This document shows, piece after piece, positions 37,743 to 46,674 of a DNA stretch of 64,000 bases. The position numbers and the translations under genes were made by a program. The notes beneath the pieces were generated by a model. That model did no database searches. It was not told where the DNA came from and worked only from the letters and a program-made list of their open reading frames with translations. The first letter of the stretch is position 1. Each line of letters starts with the position of its first letter. This DNA comes from Rhodospirillales bacterium (GTDB lineage: Bacteria; Pseudomonadota; Alphaproteobacteria; Rhodospirillales; JANQFP01): NCBI GenBank assembly GCA_028277795.1, contig JANQFP010000207.1, forward strand, positions 83,804 through 147,803. The letters are read 5' to 3'.

Positions 37743-39136
37743 TGGCGATGTCGGCGATGCGGATCCTGGTCATCAGCCCGACGGCGGTGCCGGGCCACGA
37801 ACAGCGGAACCTTCAGCTCGTCCGCGAGTTGATCGACCGCGGCCATGATGTTGTCCATGCCGGTCCGACAGACGGACTCGAACGCCATGGGTTCACCCAA
37901 ATCCCATTTTCTCCGGACTTTGCCGACCGTCCCGAGGCCCGGGCGTGCAACACGCGGCTGTTTGCTACCTGGGAGGAACTGGCGAAGCTCGTGATCTGGT
38001 CCGACGTGGTCGTGATGGGTACGGCCAAAGGATATCGGACGGTGATGGACTACGCCCGGAAAAACGACCGCATTCTTATCCAAAATGACGATACCGGCGG
38101 CATTGATCAATTTACCTACAATGCCGATCTGGTGTGTGCGCGAAGTACCTGGGGACGCGACGTCCTGGTCGCCCTGGGATCCTTCGCTCCCGAAGACATC
38201 CACGTCACGGGATGCGTGCAGTTCGACCGGGCGGTGGCGCCGCCCCGCCTATCCCGTGACGGGTTCTGCCGCAAGTACGGGTGCGACCCGGACAAGCCCG
38301 TGGCCGTTTTCATGTCAACCGATCCCGGCGGACATTTTGACCACTATAAGAATTATTACAAAAAAGTATGCAGGATAGTGAATGATTGTTGTGAAATAAA
38401 ATTACTCATTAAACCTCATCCTCGGGAGTATGGTAGAAACAAACAACACTTCCATTATGAAAACACGACGATTCCAACTTGGGAACAACTTGCTCCCGGT
38501 ATTCCGGCATGCGAGTCGGAAGACGCCTACGAGTGCTTTCACCACGGAGATGTCTTTATAACAAGAGCGTCGTCTTCCGTGATCGAGCTGGCGATGTTTG
38601 GCAAGCCGGCGCTGGTTGTCGATGCGCCCGAGTTCTGGTTGCGTCCGGGCGAGGACTACGACTATTTCAAGAAAAACTTCCCGGGGCCGCGATTCTCCCC
38701 GCCGGGTCGAAAGAGTTGGCTGCCCATGGGCGTTATGACCGATTTGATTGATGAAATATCGGATGAAAACATTCGGAAAAGAACTAGAGAAATTCACTAT
38801 AGGCTATTGCGGATGTACGGTTGGACACCCTTCGAGTTCATAGGGTCCGAGTGCACATTGGAGGAGTTGCCCGATATCCTCGACAGCAAGAAGTATGAGT
38901 TCACCGATTCTCGGATCTTCAACGACTATGTCGAACGGTACTGCCATCATAGCGACGGCAAGGCGTACCAGCGTGTGGCCGACGTCGTCTCCGGGGTGGC
39001 GCAACACCCGGCGCTGCGTGAGAGGCTCGAACGATGCCGGGCTGGCCGCAGGCGGCAACAGGTCAAGCACTTGGTCACCGCGACCGTCCAGCGGGCCCGC
39101 CGTGCCACCCGGGGCATCCGCCAGTTGATGGCCTGA
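37742..39136 (+). CDS. Uncharacterised GT-B-like transferase (TagF/KpsS-like features)
   Basis: MRILVISPT... Rossmann-like N-terminal domain. C-terminal domain has LLIKPHP and GDVFITRASSSVIELAMFGKPALVV, reminiscent of CDP-glycerol glycerophosphotransferase and capsule KpsS-type enzymes. Contains two strongly AT-rich internal patches. Confidence 0.5.
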   Translation: MAMSAMRILVISPTAVPGHEQRNLQLVRELIDRGHDVVHAGPTDGLERHGFTQIPFSPDFADRPEARACNTRLFATWEELAKLVIWSDVVVMGTAKGYRTVMDYARKNDRILIQNDDTGGIDQFTYNADLVCARSTWGRDVLVALGSFAPEDIHVTGCVQFDRAVAPPRLSRDGFCRKYGCDPDKPVAVFMSTDPGGHFDHYKNYYKKVCRIVNDCCEIKLLIKPHPREYGRNKQHFHYENTTIPTWEQLAPGIPACESEDAYECFHHGDVFITRASSSVIELAMFGKPALVVDAPEFWLRPGEDYDYFKKNFPGPRFSPPGRKSWLPMGVMTDLIDEISDENIRKRTREIHYRLLRMYGWTPFEFIGSECTLEELPDILDSKKYEFTDSRIFNDYVERYCHHSDGKAYQRVADVVSGVAQHPALRERLERCRAGRRRQQVKHLVTATVQRARRATRGIRQLMA

Positions 39137-39170
39137 GGGCGGGGCGGAGCCTCTTGACGGCATCGGATCA

Positions 39171-40205
39171 GTGAAGGTGCGCAAGTTCCTGGTTATCGGT
39201 TGTGGGTCCATCGGCACCCGGCATATCGTCAACTTGCTGGCCCTCGGTGCCGGCGAGATCGTGGCCTACGACATCCGCCCGGATCGCCGGGACGCCGTCC
39301 GGGCCAATCACGGCATCGCCGTGGTCGACACGCTTGAAGAGGGCTGGGCCGCCAATCCGGATGTTGCCGTCATCGCGTCCGATTCCAACACCCACGTGGA
39401 GCTGGCCCTCCAGGCATTGCGCCGAGGATGCCACCTGTTCATCGAAAAGCCGCTGTCGCACAGCCTCGACGGCGTCGACCGGCTGGTCCGCACGGCGGCC
39501 GAGGCCCAGCGCGTCGTTCTCGTAGGCTGCAACCTTCGTTTCAACCCCGGCCTGATCCACGTCAAGGCGCTGATCGGCGCCGGTGCCGTGGGTCGCGTCG
39601 CCGCCGCCCGTGCGGAGACGGGACAATACCTTCCCGATTGGCATCCCGAGCAGGACTACCGGACCGAGTACAGCGCGAGTCGGGAGAGAGGGGGCGGCGT
39701 GTTGCTCGATTCCGCCACCCACGAAATTGACTACCTGCGCTGGATGCTGGGCGATGTCGTGCGGGTGTCGTGTTTCCACGGCCATCTCAGCCATCTCAGG
39801 ACCGATACCGAAGATACGGCGGCGATTCTGCTCAGGTTCGCCTCCGGGGCCATCGGCGAGGTGCACGTCGACTACGTTCAACGGGTGTTTAGTCGGTCAC
39901 TGCACGTGATCGGTGATGAAGGGACCATCCGCTGGGACCATGACGCCAGCGAAGTGCGGTGGTACACGGCGGCGACACAACGGTGGCAACGCTTCGAAAA
40001 CCCGCCGGGTTGGCAACGGAACCAAAGCTTCGTGGACGAGATGGCGCATTTCGTCCGTTGCATAGCCGGCGAAGAACAGCCGGCCCAGGACTTGGTGGCG
40101 GCGGCGGACCTCCTCGCTATTGCCCTCGCCGCCCGGGAGGGCGGTGACTCGGCCGGTATCGAAACCCATTGGCAGCGTGACAGAAGGCGAGCGAGCGGTG
40201 GCTGA
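39171..40205 (+). CDS. Gfo/Idh/MocA-family NAD(P)-dependent oxidoreductase 1
   Basis: FLVIGCGSIGTRH Rossmann motif, LFIEKPL (the EKP motif) and the C-terminal GFO_IDH_MocA_C-like domain. Confidence 0.8.
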   Translation: MKVRKFLVIGCGSIGTRHIVNLLALGAGEIVAYDIRPDRRDAVRANHGIAVVDTLEEGWAANPDVAVIASDSNTHVELALQALRRGCHLFIEKPLSHSLDGVDRLVRTAAEAQRVVLVGCNLRFNPGLIHVKALIGAGAVGRVAAARAETGQYLPDWHPEQDYRTEYSASRERGGGVLLDSATHEIDYLRWMLGDVVRVSCFHGHLSHLRTDTEDTAAILLRFASGAIGEVHVDYVQRVFSRSLHVIGDEGTIRWDHDASEVRWYTAATQRWQRFENPPGWQRNQSFVDEMAHFVRCIAGEEQPAQDLVAAADLLAIALAAREGGDSAGIETHWQRDRRRASGG

Positions 40206-41289
40206 CAGGGTGCGATTGGGGTCGCGGCCTTGCGGTGACGGCGAGCCCTGCTGGATCGTCTTCGAAATCGGGGCCACCCACGACGGGGTGGACACGGCCC
40301 GCCGCCTTATCGACCACGCAGCGGAAGCCGGTGCCGATGCCGTCAAGTTCCAGATGATCGACCCGGACCGGCTCGTTGCCCGCCGGGAGATGACCTATAC
40401 CTACACGGTCCTCGCCGACCGCGAGACCGGGGCGACAGACACGGTGACCGAGCGCCAGTACGATATCCTGGCCCGCCGCGCCCTCGCTGCCGACGAGTGG
40501 GCCGTGCTCAAGCGCCATGCCGACGCTCTCGGCCTGGCGTTCTTTCTCACCGTCTTCTGGGACGACGAGATCGAGTTGGCGCGCGAACTCGGGTGTCAGT
40601 CCCTCAAGATCGCGTCCGGCGACGTGAACACGCTGCCGTTCATTCGGCGCGCCGCCCGCTCGGGGCTGTGCATCCAGCTCGACACCGGCAACGCCAGCCT
40701 GGGCGAGATCGAGGCCGCCGTCGACGTCATTCGGTCGGAGGGTAACAAGGACATCATCATCCACCAGTGTCCATCCGGATATCCGGCCCGCCTGGACGGG
40801 ATCAATCTCAGGGTCGTTCGGACCCTCAAGCAGATGTTCCACTGTCCGGCGGCCTTCTCCGATCACAGCCCGGGCTGGGACATGGACGTGGCGGCGGTCG
40901 CACTGGGCGCGAACCTGGTGGAAAAGACGGTGACTCTGGACCGGACGACGCGCAGCGTCGAGCACATCATGTCTCTGGAGCCGCCCGAGATGAAGCAGTT
41001 CGTGCGGCTGATCCGCTCGGTTGAAACAGCCTTGGGCGCGCCACGCCGTATCCTTAAACCGGAGGAAAGGGAGAGCCGTCTCCAGTTCCGGCGGAGTGCA
41101 TACTTGGCCGAGCCGGCCCGGCGCGACCAGAAAGTGAGCGACGTCGCGGTGATCTTCCGCCGCCCCGGGGACGGCATCGGCGGCGATGTCTATGAGACCC
41201 TGGTAGACCACAGGTTCCGCGAGGACCTGTCCGCCGGGCACCGGCTGTCCCTCGCCGACCTGCGTGATCCTGAGGGGGACACGACCTAA
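40198..41289 (+). CDS. Divergent NeuB/SpsE-family sugar-phosphoenolpyruvate condensing synthase (second paralog)
   Basis: TIM-barrel NeuB-like core (CWIVFEIGATHDGVDTARRLIDHAAEAGADAVKFQ, SLKIASGDV, FSDHSPG) plus a C-terminal SAF-like domain. The canonical NHNG motif is replaced by THDG. GTG 40198 overlaps the upstream stop. Confidence 0.7.
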   Translation: MADRVRLGSRPCGDGEPCWIVFEIGATHDGVDTARRLIDHAAEAGADAVKFQMIDPDRLVARREMTYTYTVLADRETGATDTVTERQYDILARRALAADEWAVLKRHADALGLAFFLTVFWDDEIELARELGCQSLKIASGDVNTLPFIRRAARSGLCIQLDTGNASLGEIEAAVDVIRSEGNKDIIIHQCPSGYPARLDGINLRVVRTLKQMFHCPAAFSDHSPGWDMDVAAVALGANLVEKTVTLDRTTRSVEHIMSLEPPEMKQFVRLIRSVETALGAPRRILKPEERESRLQFRRSAYLAEPARRDQKVSDVAVIFRRPGDGIGGDVYETLVDHRFREDLSAGHRLSLADLRDPEGDTT

Positions 41290-41972
41290 TGAGGCGGTGG
41301 GCGGTCATTCCGGCCCGCGGTGGCTCGAAGCGTCTGCCCGGCAAGAACATCCTTCTGGTTCAGGGCCGCCCGATGATGGCTTCGACGATCGAGGCAGCGT
41401 ATGGCACTGACTTGTTCGAGCGTGTCATCGTATCAACCGAGGATCCCGAGATCGCCAAGGTCGCGGCCCGCTGCGGGGCCGAGGTGAGCCAGCGGCCCGA
41501 AGCGCTGGCCACCGATACGGCGTCAACGGTCGACGTGATGATCGACTTGCTGGACCGTGAGCCCGGTGGCGCGGACTGCGACATCCTGTGCACGCTTCTG
41601 GCCACCGCGCTGCTGAGGGGCGTCGAGGACATCCGCGGCGTGGTCGAACTGATCGAGCCCGGACAGTGCAACTTCTCCCTGGCGGTGACGACGTATTGGT
41701 TCCCTCCCTACCAGGCCTTGTGGCGCGACGCCGCGGGGGTGTTGACCCCCATGTGGCCGGAGTTGATCGACGCCCGGACCCAGGAGTTCGCCCACCTGCG
41801 GGTGGACAACGGCAGCACCTACGCGGCGTGGATCCCGGCGTTTCGGGAGGAGCGGACCTACTACGGCCGCGGCCTGAGGGGTTACGAGATGCCGCGGCTG
41901 AGGTCGGTGGACATCGACCTGCCGGAAGACCTGAGGCTTGCTGAAATCCTCATGGACGCCGAGACGCTGTGA
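41289..41972 (+). CDS. pseF: Acylneuraminate/pseudaminate cytidylyltransferase (CMP-nonulosonate synthetase)
   Basis: WAVIPARGGSKRLPGKNI N-terminus of the NeuA/PseF family. It is the only cytidylyltransferase in the window. TAATG overlap with the upstream gene. Confidence 0.7.
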   Translation: MRRWAVIPARGGSKRLPGKNILLVQGRPMMASTIEAAYGTDLFERVIVSTEDPEIAKVAARCGAEVSQRPEALATDTASTVDVMIDLLDREPGGADCDILCTLLATALLRGVEDIRGVVELIEPGQCNFSLAVTTYWFPPYQALWRDAAGVLTPMWPELIDARTQEFAHLRVDNGSTYAAWIPAFREERTYYGRGLRGYEMPRLRSVDIDLPEDLRLAEILMDAETL

Positions 41973-43009
41973 AGATTCTGGTGGTCGGCTGCGGCTCCAT
42001 CGGCCAACGCTACGCCCGATTGACAGCGGCGCGGGCAGAGTGCGCGGTGGTCGATGTCGATCCGGCAAGGGCTAATGCTTGCGCCGACGAGGCCAACGTC
42101 CGGGCCTGGACCGATCTTGCCTCCGCCCTCGCATGGTGTCCTGATGGAGTGGTGGTGGCGACGCCCCCGGCGAGCCACCTTGCGGTGGCAGGACAGGCTA
42201 TCGCCGCAGGCGCGAGCGTCCTCGTCGAGAAGCCCGTCTCGAGTACCGTCGACGGGGTTGCCGACTTGTGTGACCAGGCCCAGTCGCGCGGGCGGCAGGT
42301 CTACGGCGTCTGCAATATGCGATTCCACCCCGGTGTGGCGACGCTGCGCAATCGTTTATCCGATGTCGGAAGGCCCCTGTTTGCGCGGGCTTGGTTCGGC
42401 AGTTTCCTGCCCGACATGCGTCCCGGCGTGGACCATCGGAAATTGGAGTGCGCGCAAGCGGGGTACGGCGGTGTCATCCTGGACAACGTCCACGAATTCG
42501 ATTACCTGACTTGGCTTTTCGGGCCGGTGGTTGAGGTCCGTGCCGCCGCCGAAAGGATCGGTGACCTGGGCATCGAGTCCACGGACACCGCGTGGATTTG
42601 GGTCCGCCATGCCTCGGGCGTCCATTCCGAAATCCATCTTGATTACCTGCAGCGTCGCAAGCGGCGCGGCTGTGAGGTCGTCGGCACCAATGGCACACTG
42701 GTGTGGGGGAGCGAGGGCAAGCGGCCCGAGCGATGCGTGGTGCGGCTCTACCGGGCCGGCAGCGAGGACACGCATACGGTGTTTGCCACCGATGCGGTCG
42801 ATGCGGACCAGCCGTTCGCCGAGATGATGGACGGCTTCCTTGACGGCATCGGCGGTTCGCATGTGTCTCTGGCCTCTGGTCTCGATGGTGCGCATGTCCT
42901 GCGTGCGGCTCTCGCCGCCTGCGAGGCCGCGGAGACGGGTCGTTCCGTGGTGCTGGCCACCGCCGTGGATGGGCCAATGCCCGGGCCGAGCCGGTGGGCG
43001 TCCGGGTGA
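41969..43009 (+). CDS. Gfo/Idh/MocA-family NAD(P)-dependent oxidoreductase 2
   Basis: MKILVVGCGSIGQRY, VLVEKPV. Paralogous in layout to 39171-40205. GTGA overlap with the upstream stop. Confidence 0.8.
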   Translation: MKILVVGCGSIGQRYARLTAARAECAVVDVDPARANACADEANVRAWTDLASALAWCPDGVVVATPPASHLAVAGQAIAAGASVLVEKPVSSTVDGVADLCDQAQSRGRQVYGVCNMRFHPGVATLRNRLSDVGRPLFARAWFGSFLPDMRPGVDHRKLECAQAGYGGVILDNVHEFDYLTWLFGPVVEVRAAAERIGDLGIESTDTAWIWVRHASGVHSEIHLDYLQRRKRRGCEVVGTNGTLVWGSEGKRPERCVVRLYRAGSEDTHTVFATDAVDADQPFAEMMDGFLDGIGGSHVSLASGLDGAHVLRAALAACEAAETGRSVVLATAVDGPMPGPSRWASG

Positions 43010-43013
43010 GCCC

Positions 43014-44021
43014 GTGCGGGCCTTCTTTCGCGCAGACGCCTCGCCGGAGCTTGGCGGCGGCCATATCATGCGGTGCTTGGCGTTGGCTGATGGCTTGGCC
43101 GTGCGAGGATGGCAGTGTACGTTCGGCTGCAATGCGACGGCCGCGGATGTCGCGCCGGGCTTGGCACGGCACCTCGTCGGCATTGCCGACGATAGCGGGC
43201 ACCCTCCTCTTCACAACGGTGATCTGCAGTGGGACCTAGCAGTCGTCGACCACTACGGCCTTGATGGCGCGTACGAGAGCTGCCTGCGTGCCCACTGCGA
43301 ACGGATCATGGTGATCGATGACCTCCACAACAGGTCCCATGATTGTGATGTTTTGCTCGACCAAACTCCGGGCCGTCAGATCGCGGACTACCAACCCTTG
43401 GTCCCCGGCCATTGCCGGCTTTTGTTGGGATCGGCGTATGCCTTGCTGCGGCCGGAATTCGCGATCGCACGGACGGCGGCGTCGGATGCGAGGGGGGAAG
43501 CTCGCGGCGTACGGCGCATATTCGTCGCTTTCGGGGCGACCGACCCGTTCAACCTGACGCGCAAAGCGTTGGAGGGAATAGCTTTGTCCGGCGTTGACGC
43601 AGATGTCGATGTGGTCCTTGGGCAGGCGGCGCCGCACCTGGATGACGTACGCGAGCGGGCCGAGCGGCTGCCGGTGAGAGCAACGGTTCACGTAGCCCCC
43701 AACAACTTCGTCTCCCTCATGGCCACGGCCGATATCGCCTTCGGGGCGCCGGGCAGCATGTCTTGGGAGCGCTGTTGCCTTGGAATTCCCTCGGTGGTCG
43801 TTGCCTTCGCCGCCAACCAAGTCGAGATCGCCGGCGCGTTGGAGCGGGTCGGTGCAGCGATCCATCTCGGCTGGCACGAAGCAGTAGGGTCGCGCCAGTT
43901 CGCCGAGGTCCTGGTGGGGCTGGCCGGCGACACTAAGACCTTGATCCGTATGGCGACGGCTGCGGTCAAAGTGTCCGACGGGCGGGGCGTCCAACGGGTC
44001 GTGGAGGTACTTGCCCCATGA
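43014..44021 (+). CDS. pseG: UDP-2,4-diacetamido-2,4,6-trideoxy-beta-L-altropyranose hydrolase
   Basis: FRADASPELGGGHIMRCLALADGL is the characteristic PseG N-terminus. GT28-like C-terminal domain. GTG 43014 chosen as start. Confidence 0.8.
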   Translation: MRAFFRADASPELGGGHIMRCLALADGLAVRGWQCTFGCNATAADVAPGLARHLVGIADDSGHPPLHNGDLQWDLAVVDHYGLDGAYESCLRAHCERIMVIDDLHNRSHDCDVLLDQTPGRQIADYQPLVPGHCRLLLGSAYALLRPEFAIARTAASDARGEARGVRRIFVAFGATDPFNLTRKALEGIALSGVDADVDVVLGQAAPHLDDVRERAERLPVRATVHVAPNNFVSLMATADIAFGAPGSMSWERCCLGIPSVVVAFAANQVEIAGALERVGAAIHLGWHEAVGSRQFAEVLVGLAGDTKTLIRMATAAVKVSDGRGVQRVVEVLAP

Positions 44022-45253
44022 CCTCAGTGCCGGAATGGTGGCGCAAACCGCGCCGGGTTGCAGTCGTCATCGACAACCCGAGCTGGATCCTGCAATTTGG
44101 CCGTCGGCTTGTCGCGGAGGCCAACGCTGGCGGCGACCGGGCGGTGTTGTGCCGCGAACACCGGGAAATTCCAAATGGCGAGGTCGCGTTCTACCTCGGT
44201 TGCATCCATATGTCGCCGCCGGACGTTCTCGCCCGCAACCGGCGCAACTTGGTTGTCCACGAGAGCGACCTTCCCAAAGGACGGGGGTTCTCCCCGCTCA
44301 CATGGCAAGTCCTCGAAGGCATCAACCAAGTGCCAGTCTGTTTGTTGGAGGCAGAACAGGAGGCCGACTCCGGACCGGTTGTCTATCGCGAGCAGCTGAA
44401 CTTCGCCGGCCACGAGCTCGTCGATGAGATGCGCGAGATACTTGGAGAGATGACGCTTCGCCTGTGCCATCGCTTTCTCGACGAGCTGTCCCCGCCGCTC
44501 GGCAAGCCGCAAGATGGCCAACACACATGGTTCTCCCGCCGCCGTCCTCCCGACAGCCGGTTGGATCCCGACCTTACCATCGCCGAGCAGTTCAATCTCC
44601 TGCGGGTCGTGGACAATGTCCGCTATCCAGCGTTCTTCGAACACCGTGGCCACCTATACAGGTTGCTGATCGAAAAGATGCTTGGCGACCCCGCCGAATG
44701 GTCGATTGATTTCGATCCTGACGAGACGGCGTCAGAAGCCGTCAAGTCGAACGCCGTTTTCGACCCCACCGGACCTACCTTGATCGCCCACGACGGGGGT
44801 GTAGTCATGCTGCGACCGGCAGTCGAACGTGATGGGGTGCACCTCCTCGCATGGCAGCACTACGACTTGACACGACAGCATTTCCGCCAGCCAACCAAAC
44901 CGACGGAGTCCGAACATTGGCGGTGGTTTCGGCGCTGCCTGCTCGACCCCAACCGGCACCTGAATATCATCCTCTATAACTGGCAACGCGCCGGGGCGCT
45001 GCGTCTCGATCGCATCGACGTCAACACTTTGGAGGTCTCGATCCACGTGGCGCCGCACTTCTACCGGCGTGGCATCGCCACCGCGGCACTCAACCTGGCT
45101 CGCGAACTGTGGGCCGACGACATCTTGAAGGCGGAGGTGTTGCCGGCCAATGCCGCCTCCCACGCGTTGTTCTGGAAATGCGGTTATTTGCCACAAACGA
45201 ACAAGATCTATCTCAACATCCCGGACCGCCTTCGCGAGGTCAGCCATGGTTGA
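44018..45253 (+). CDS. Fusion protein: formyltransferase-fold N-domain plus GNAT N-acetyltransferase C-domain (PseH-like)
   Basis: N-domain has HESDLPKGRGFSPL (compare the Fmt HxSLLPxxRG motif). C-domain has a GNAT signature (VAPHFYRRGIATAALNLA..., ANAASHALFWKCGY). ATGA overlap with pseG. Confidence 0.7.
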   Translation: MTSVPEWWRKPRRVAVVIDNPSWILQFGRRLVAEANAGGDRAVLCREHREIPNGEVAFYLGCIHMSPPDVLARNRRNLVVHESDLPKGRGFSPLTWQVLEGINQVPVCLLEAEQEADSGPVVYREQLNFAGHELVDEMREILGEMTLRLCHRFLDELSPPLGKPQDGQHTWFSRRRPPDSRLDPDLTIAEQFNLLRVVDNVRYPAFFEHRGHLYRLLIEKMLGDPAEWSIDFDPDETASEAVKSNAVFDPTGPTLIAHDGGVVMLRPAVERDGVHLLAWQHYDLTRQHFRQPTKPTESEHWRWFRRCLLDPNRHLNIILYNWQRAGALRLDRIDVNTLEVSIHVAPHFYRRGIATAALNLARELWADDILKAEVLPANAASHALFWKCGYLPQTNKIYLNIPDRLREVSHG

Positions 45254-45968
45254 CGGGGTGACGCAGAGAGGCGCCGGAGCCTCCGGGCGCACCTACGTCA
45301 TCGCAACGATCAAGCCTTGGAACGTGGAGGCCTTTCACGCTTTTACGCCGAAGATGCCGGGGCGTTGGATCCTTGTCGATCGCCCTGAGGACCTTTGCCT
45401 GGAGACCATCCAAGCGCATCAGCCGCGGTACGTTTTCTTCCCGCACTGGTCGTGGAAAGTCGCCGAGGAAATTCTGGCGGCGGCTGAGTGCGTTTGCTTC
45501 CACATGACCGATCTACCCTTCGGTCGCGGCGGAAGTCCGCTACAGAACCTCATCGTGCGGGGCCACACCGAAACCATGCTCACGGCCTTACGCATGGTGA
45601 CGGCACTCGATGCCGGGCCGGTCTACCTCAAGCGTCCGCTCGGCCTGGCGGGGCGTGCACAAGACATCTACGAACGCGCGGCCCGACTGTCCTACGACAT
45701 GATTCAGGAAATGATCACCACCGAGCCCGAGCCGACGCCGCAAAGCGGTGAACCGACCGTCTTTTCCCGGCGCGCACCGGATCAGAGCGCCATGCCCACA
45801 GTGGGGGGGTTGCCCCGGCTCTACGACCACATCCGAATGTTGGATGCGGAGACCTACCCGCGCGCGTTCCTCGATCATGGTGACTTCCGTCTGGAATTTG
45901 GCAGCCCGACGTTGGGCGAAGACGGAGTCCTCAGAGCCATGGTCGAGATCCGGTCCAATTCCGACTGA
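45246..45968 (+). CDS. Formyltransferase-fold protein (FlmC/WbqC-like, stand-alone)
   Basis: About 240 aa. FHMTDLPFGRGGSPLQNLI corresponds to the Fmt-type HxxxLPxxRG loop. 8-nt overlap with the upstream gene. Confidence 0.65.
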   Translation: MVDGVTQRGAGASGRTYVIATIKPWNVEAFHAFTPKMPGRWILVDRPEDLCLETIQAHQPRYVFFPHWSWKVAEEILAAAECVCFHMTDLPFGRGGSPLQNLIVRGHTETMLTALRMVTALDAGPVYLKRPLGLAGRAQDIYERAARLSYDMIQEMITTEPEPTPQSGEPTVFSRRAPDQSAMPTVGGLPRLYDHIRMLDAETYPRAFLDHGDFRLEFGSPTLGEDGVLRAMVEIRSNSD

Positions 45969-45972
45969 CGAG

Positions 45973-46674
45973 ATGATGATGGCGCGAAGGGTCCTAGTGG
46001 TCGCCGCCCACCCCGATGACGAAGTCCTGGGCTGCGGCGGGACCCTGGCCCGGCACGTTGCCAGCGGTGCGGTGGTTCAGGCCATCTTCCTTGCCGATGG
46101 GGTCGGCGCACGCGGGGGGGACGTCGCCGCGGCTATGGCCACACGCCGCGAGGCCGCGCACGCCGCGGCGGACATCCTCGGCACCCTGCCCCCGATGTTT
46201 CTCGGATTTCCCGACAACCGTATGGATGGAACGCCGCTTCTCGATGTCATCCAACGGGTCGAAGAGGTTGCCGCGGCGTTCGGGCCTGACGTGGTCTACA
46301 CGCACCATGGCGGCGACTTGAATGTCGATCATCGGATTGCCCTCCAGGCCACCGTGACGGCGTTTCGTCCGCTGCCCGGTGGCGGCGTGCGTGCGATCTA
46401 CACCTTCGAGGTGCCATCGAGCACCGAGTGGGGGACGCGCGATACCGACCGCGCGTTCGATCCGGTGCGTTTTGTCGACATCCGTGACGTGCTGTCGGTC
46501 AAGATCCGCGCCTTGGCGTGCTATGGGGACGAGGTGCGGCCGTTTCCCCACCCGCGTTCCCCGAGAGGCGTGGAGGCGCTGGCCACGGTGCGCGGCACGG
46601 TCGTGTGTCTGGAGGCAGCCGAGGCGTTCGGCGTCGTACGCCAAGTGGTGCCGTGGAACGCCGGCGATGAGTGA
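45973..46674 (+). CDS. PIG-L/LmbE-family N-acetyl-sugar deacetylase
   Basis: VLVVAAHPDDEVLGCGGTLA (AHPDDE motif) and HGGDLNVDH (HxxH zinc site). Confidence 0.85.
   Translation: MMMARRVLVVAAHPDDEVLGCGGTLARHVASGAVVQAIFLADGVGARGGDVAAAMATRREAAHAAADILGTLPPMFLGFPDNRMDGTPLLDVIQRVEEVAAAFGPDVVYTHHGGDLNVDHRIALQATVTAFRPLPGGGVRAIYTFEVPSSTEWGTRDTDRAFDPVRFVDIRDVLSVKIRALACYGDEVRPFPHPRSPRGVEALATVRGTVVCLEAAEAFGVVRQVVPWNAGDE

Noticed and set aside
45715-45745. TEPEPTPQSGEP stretch, as a possible PEP-CTERM motif
   Set aside because: It is internal to a cytoplasmic formyltransferase-fold protein and is not followed by a TM helix and Arg cluster. I saw no ORF in the window that ends in a PEP-CTERM sorting signal.
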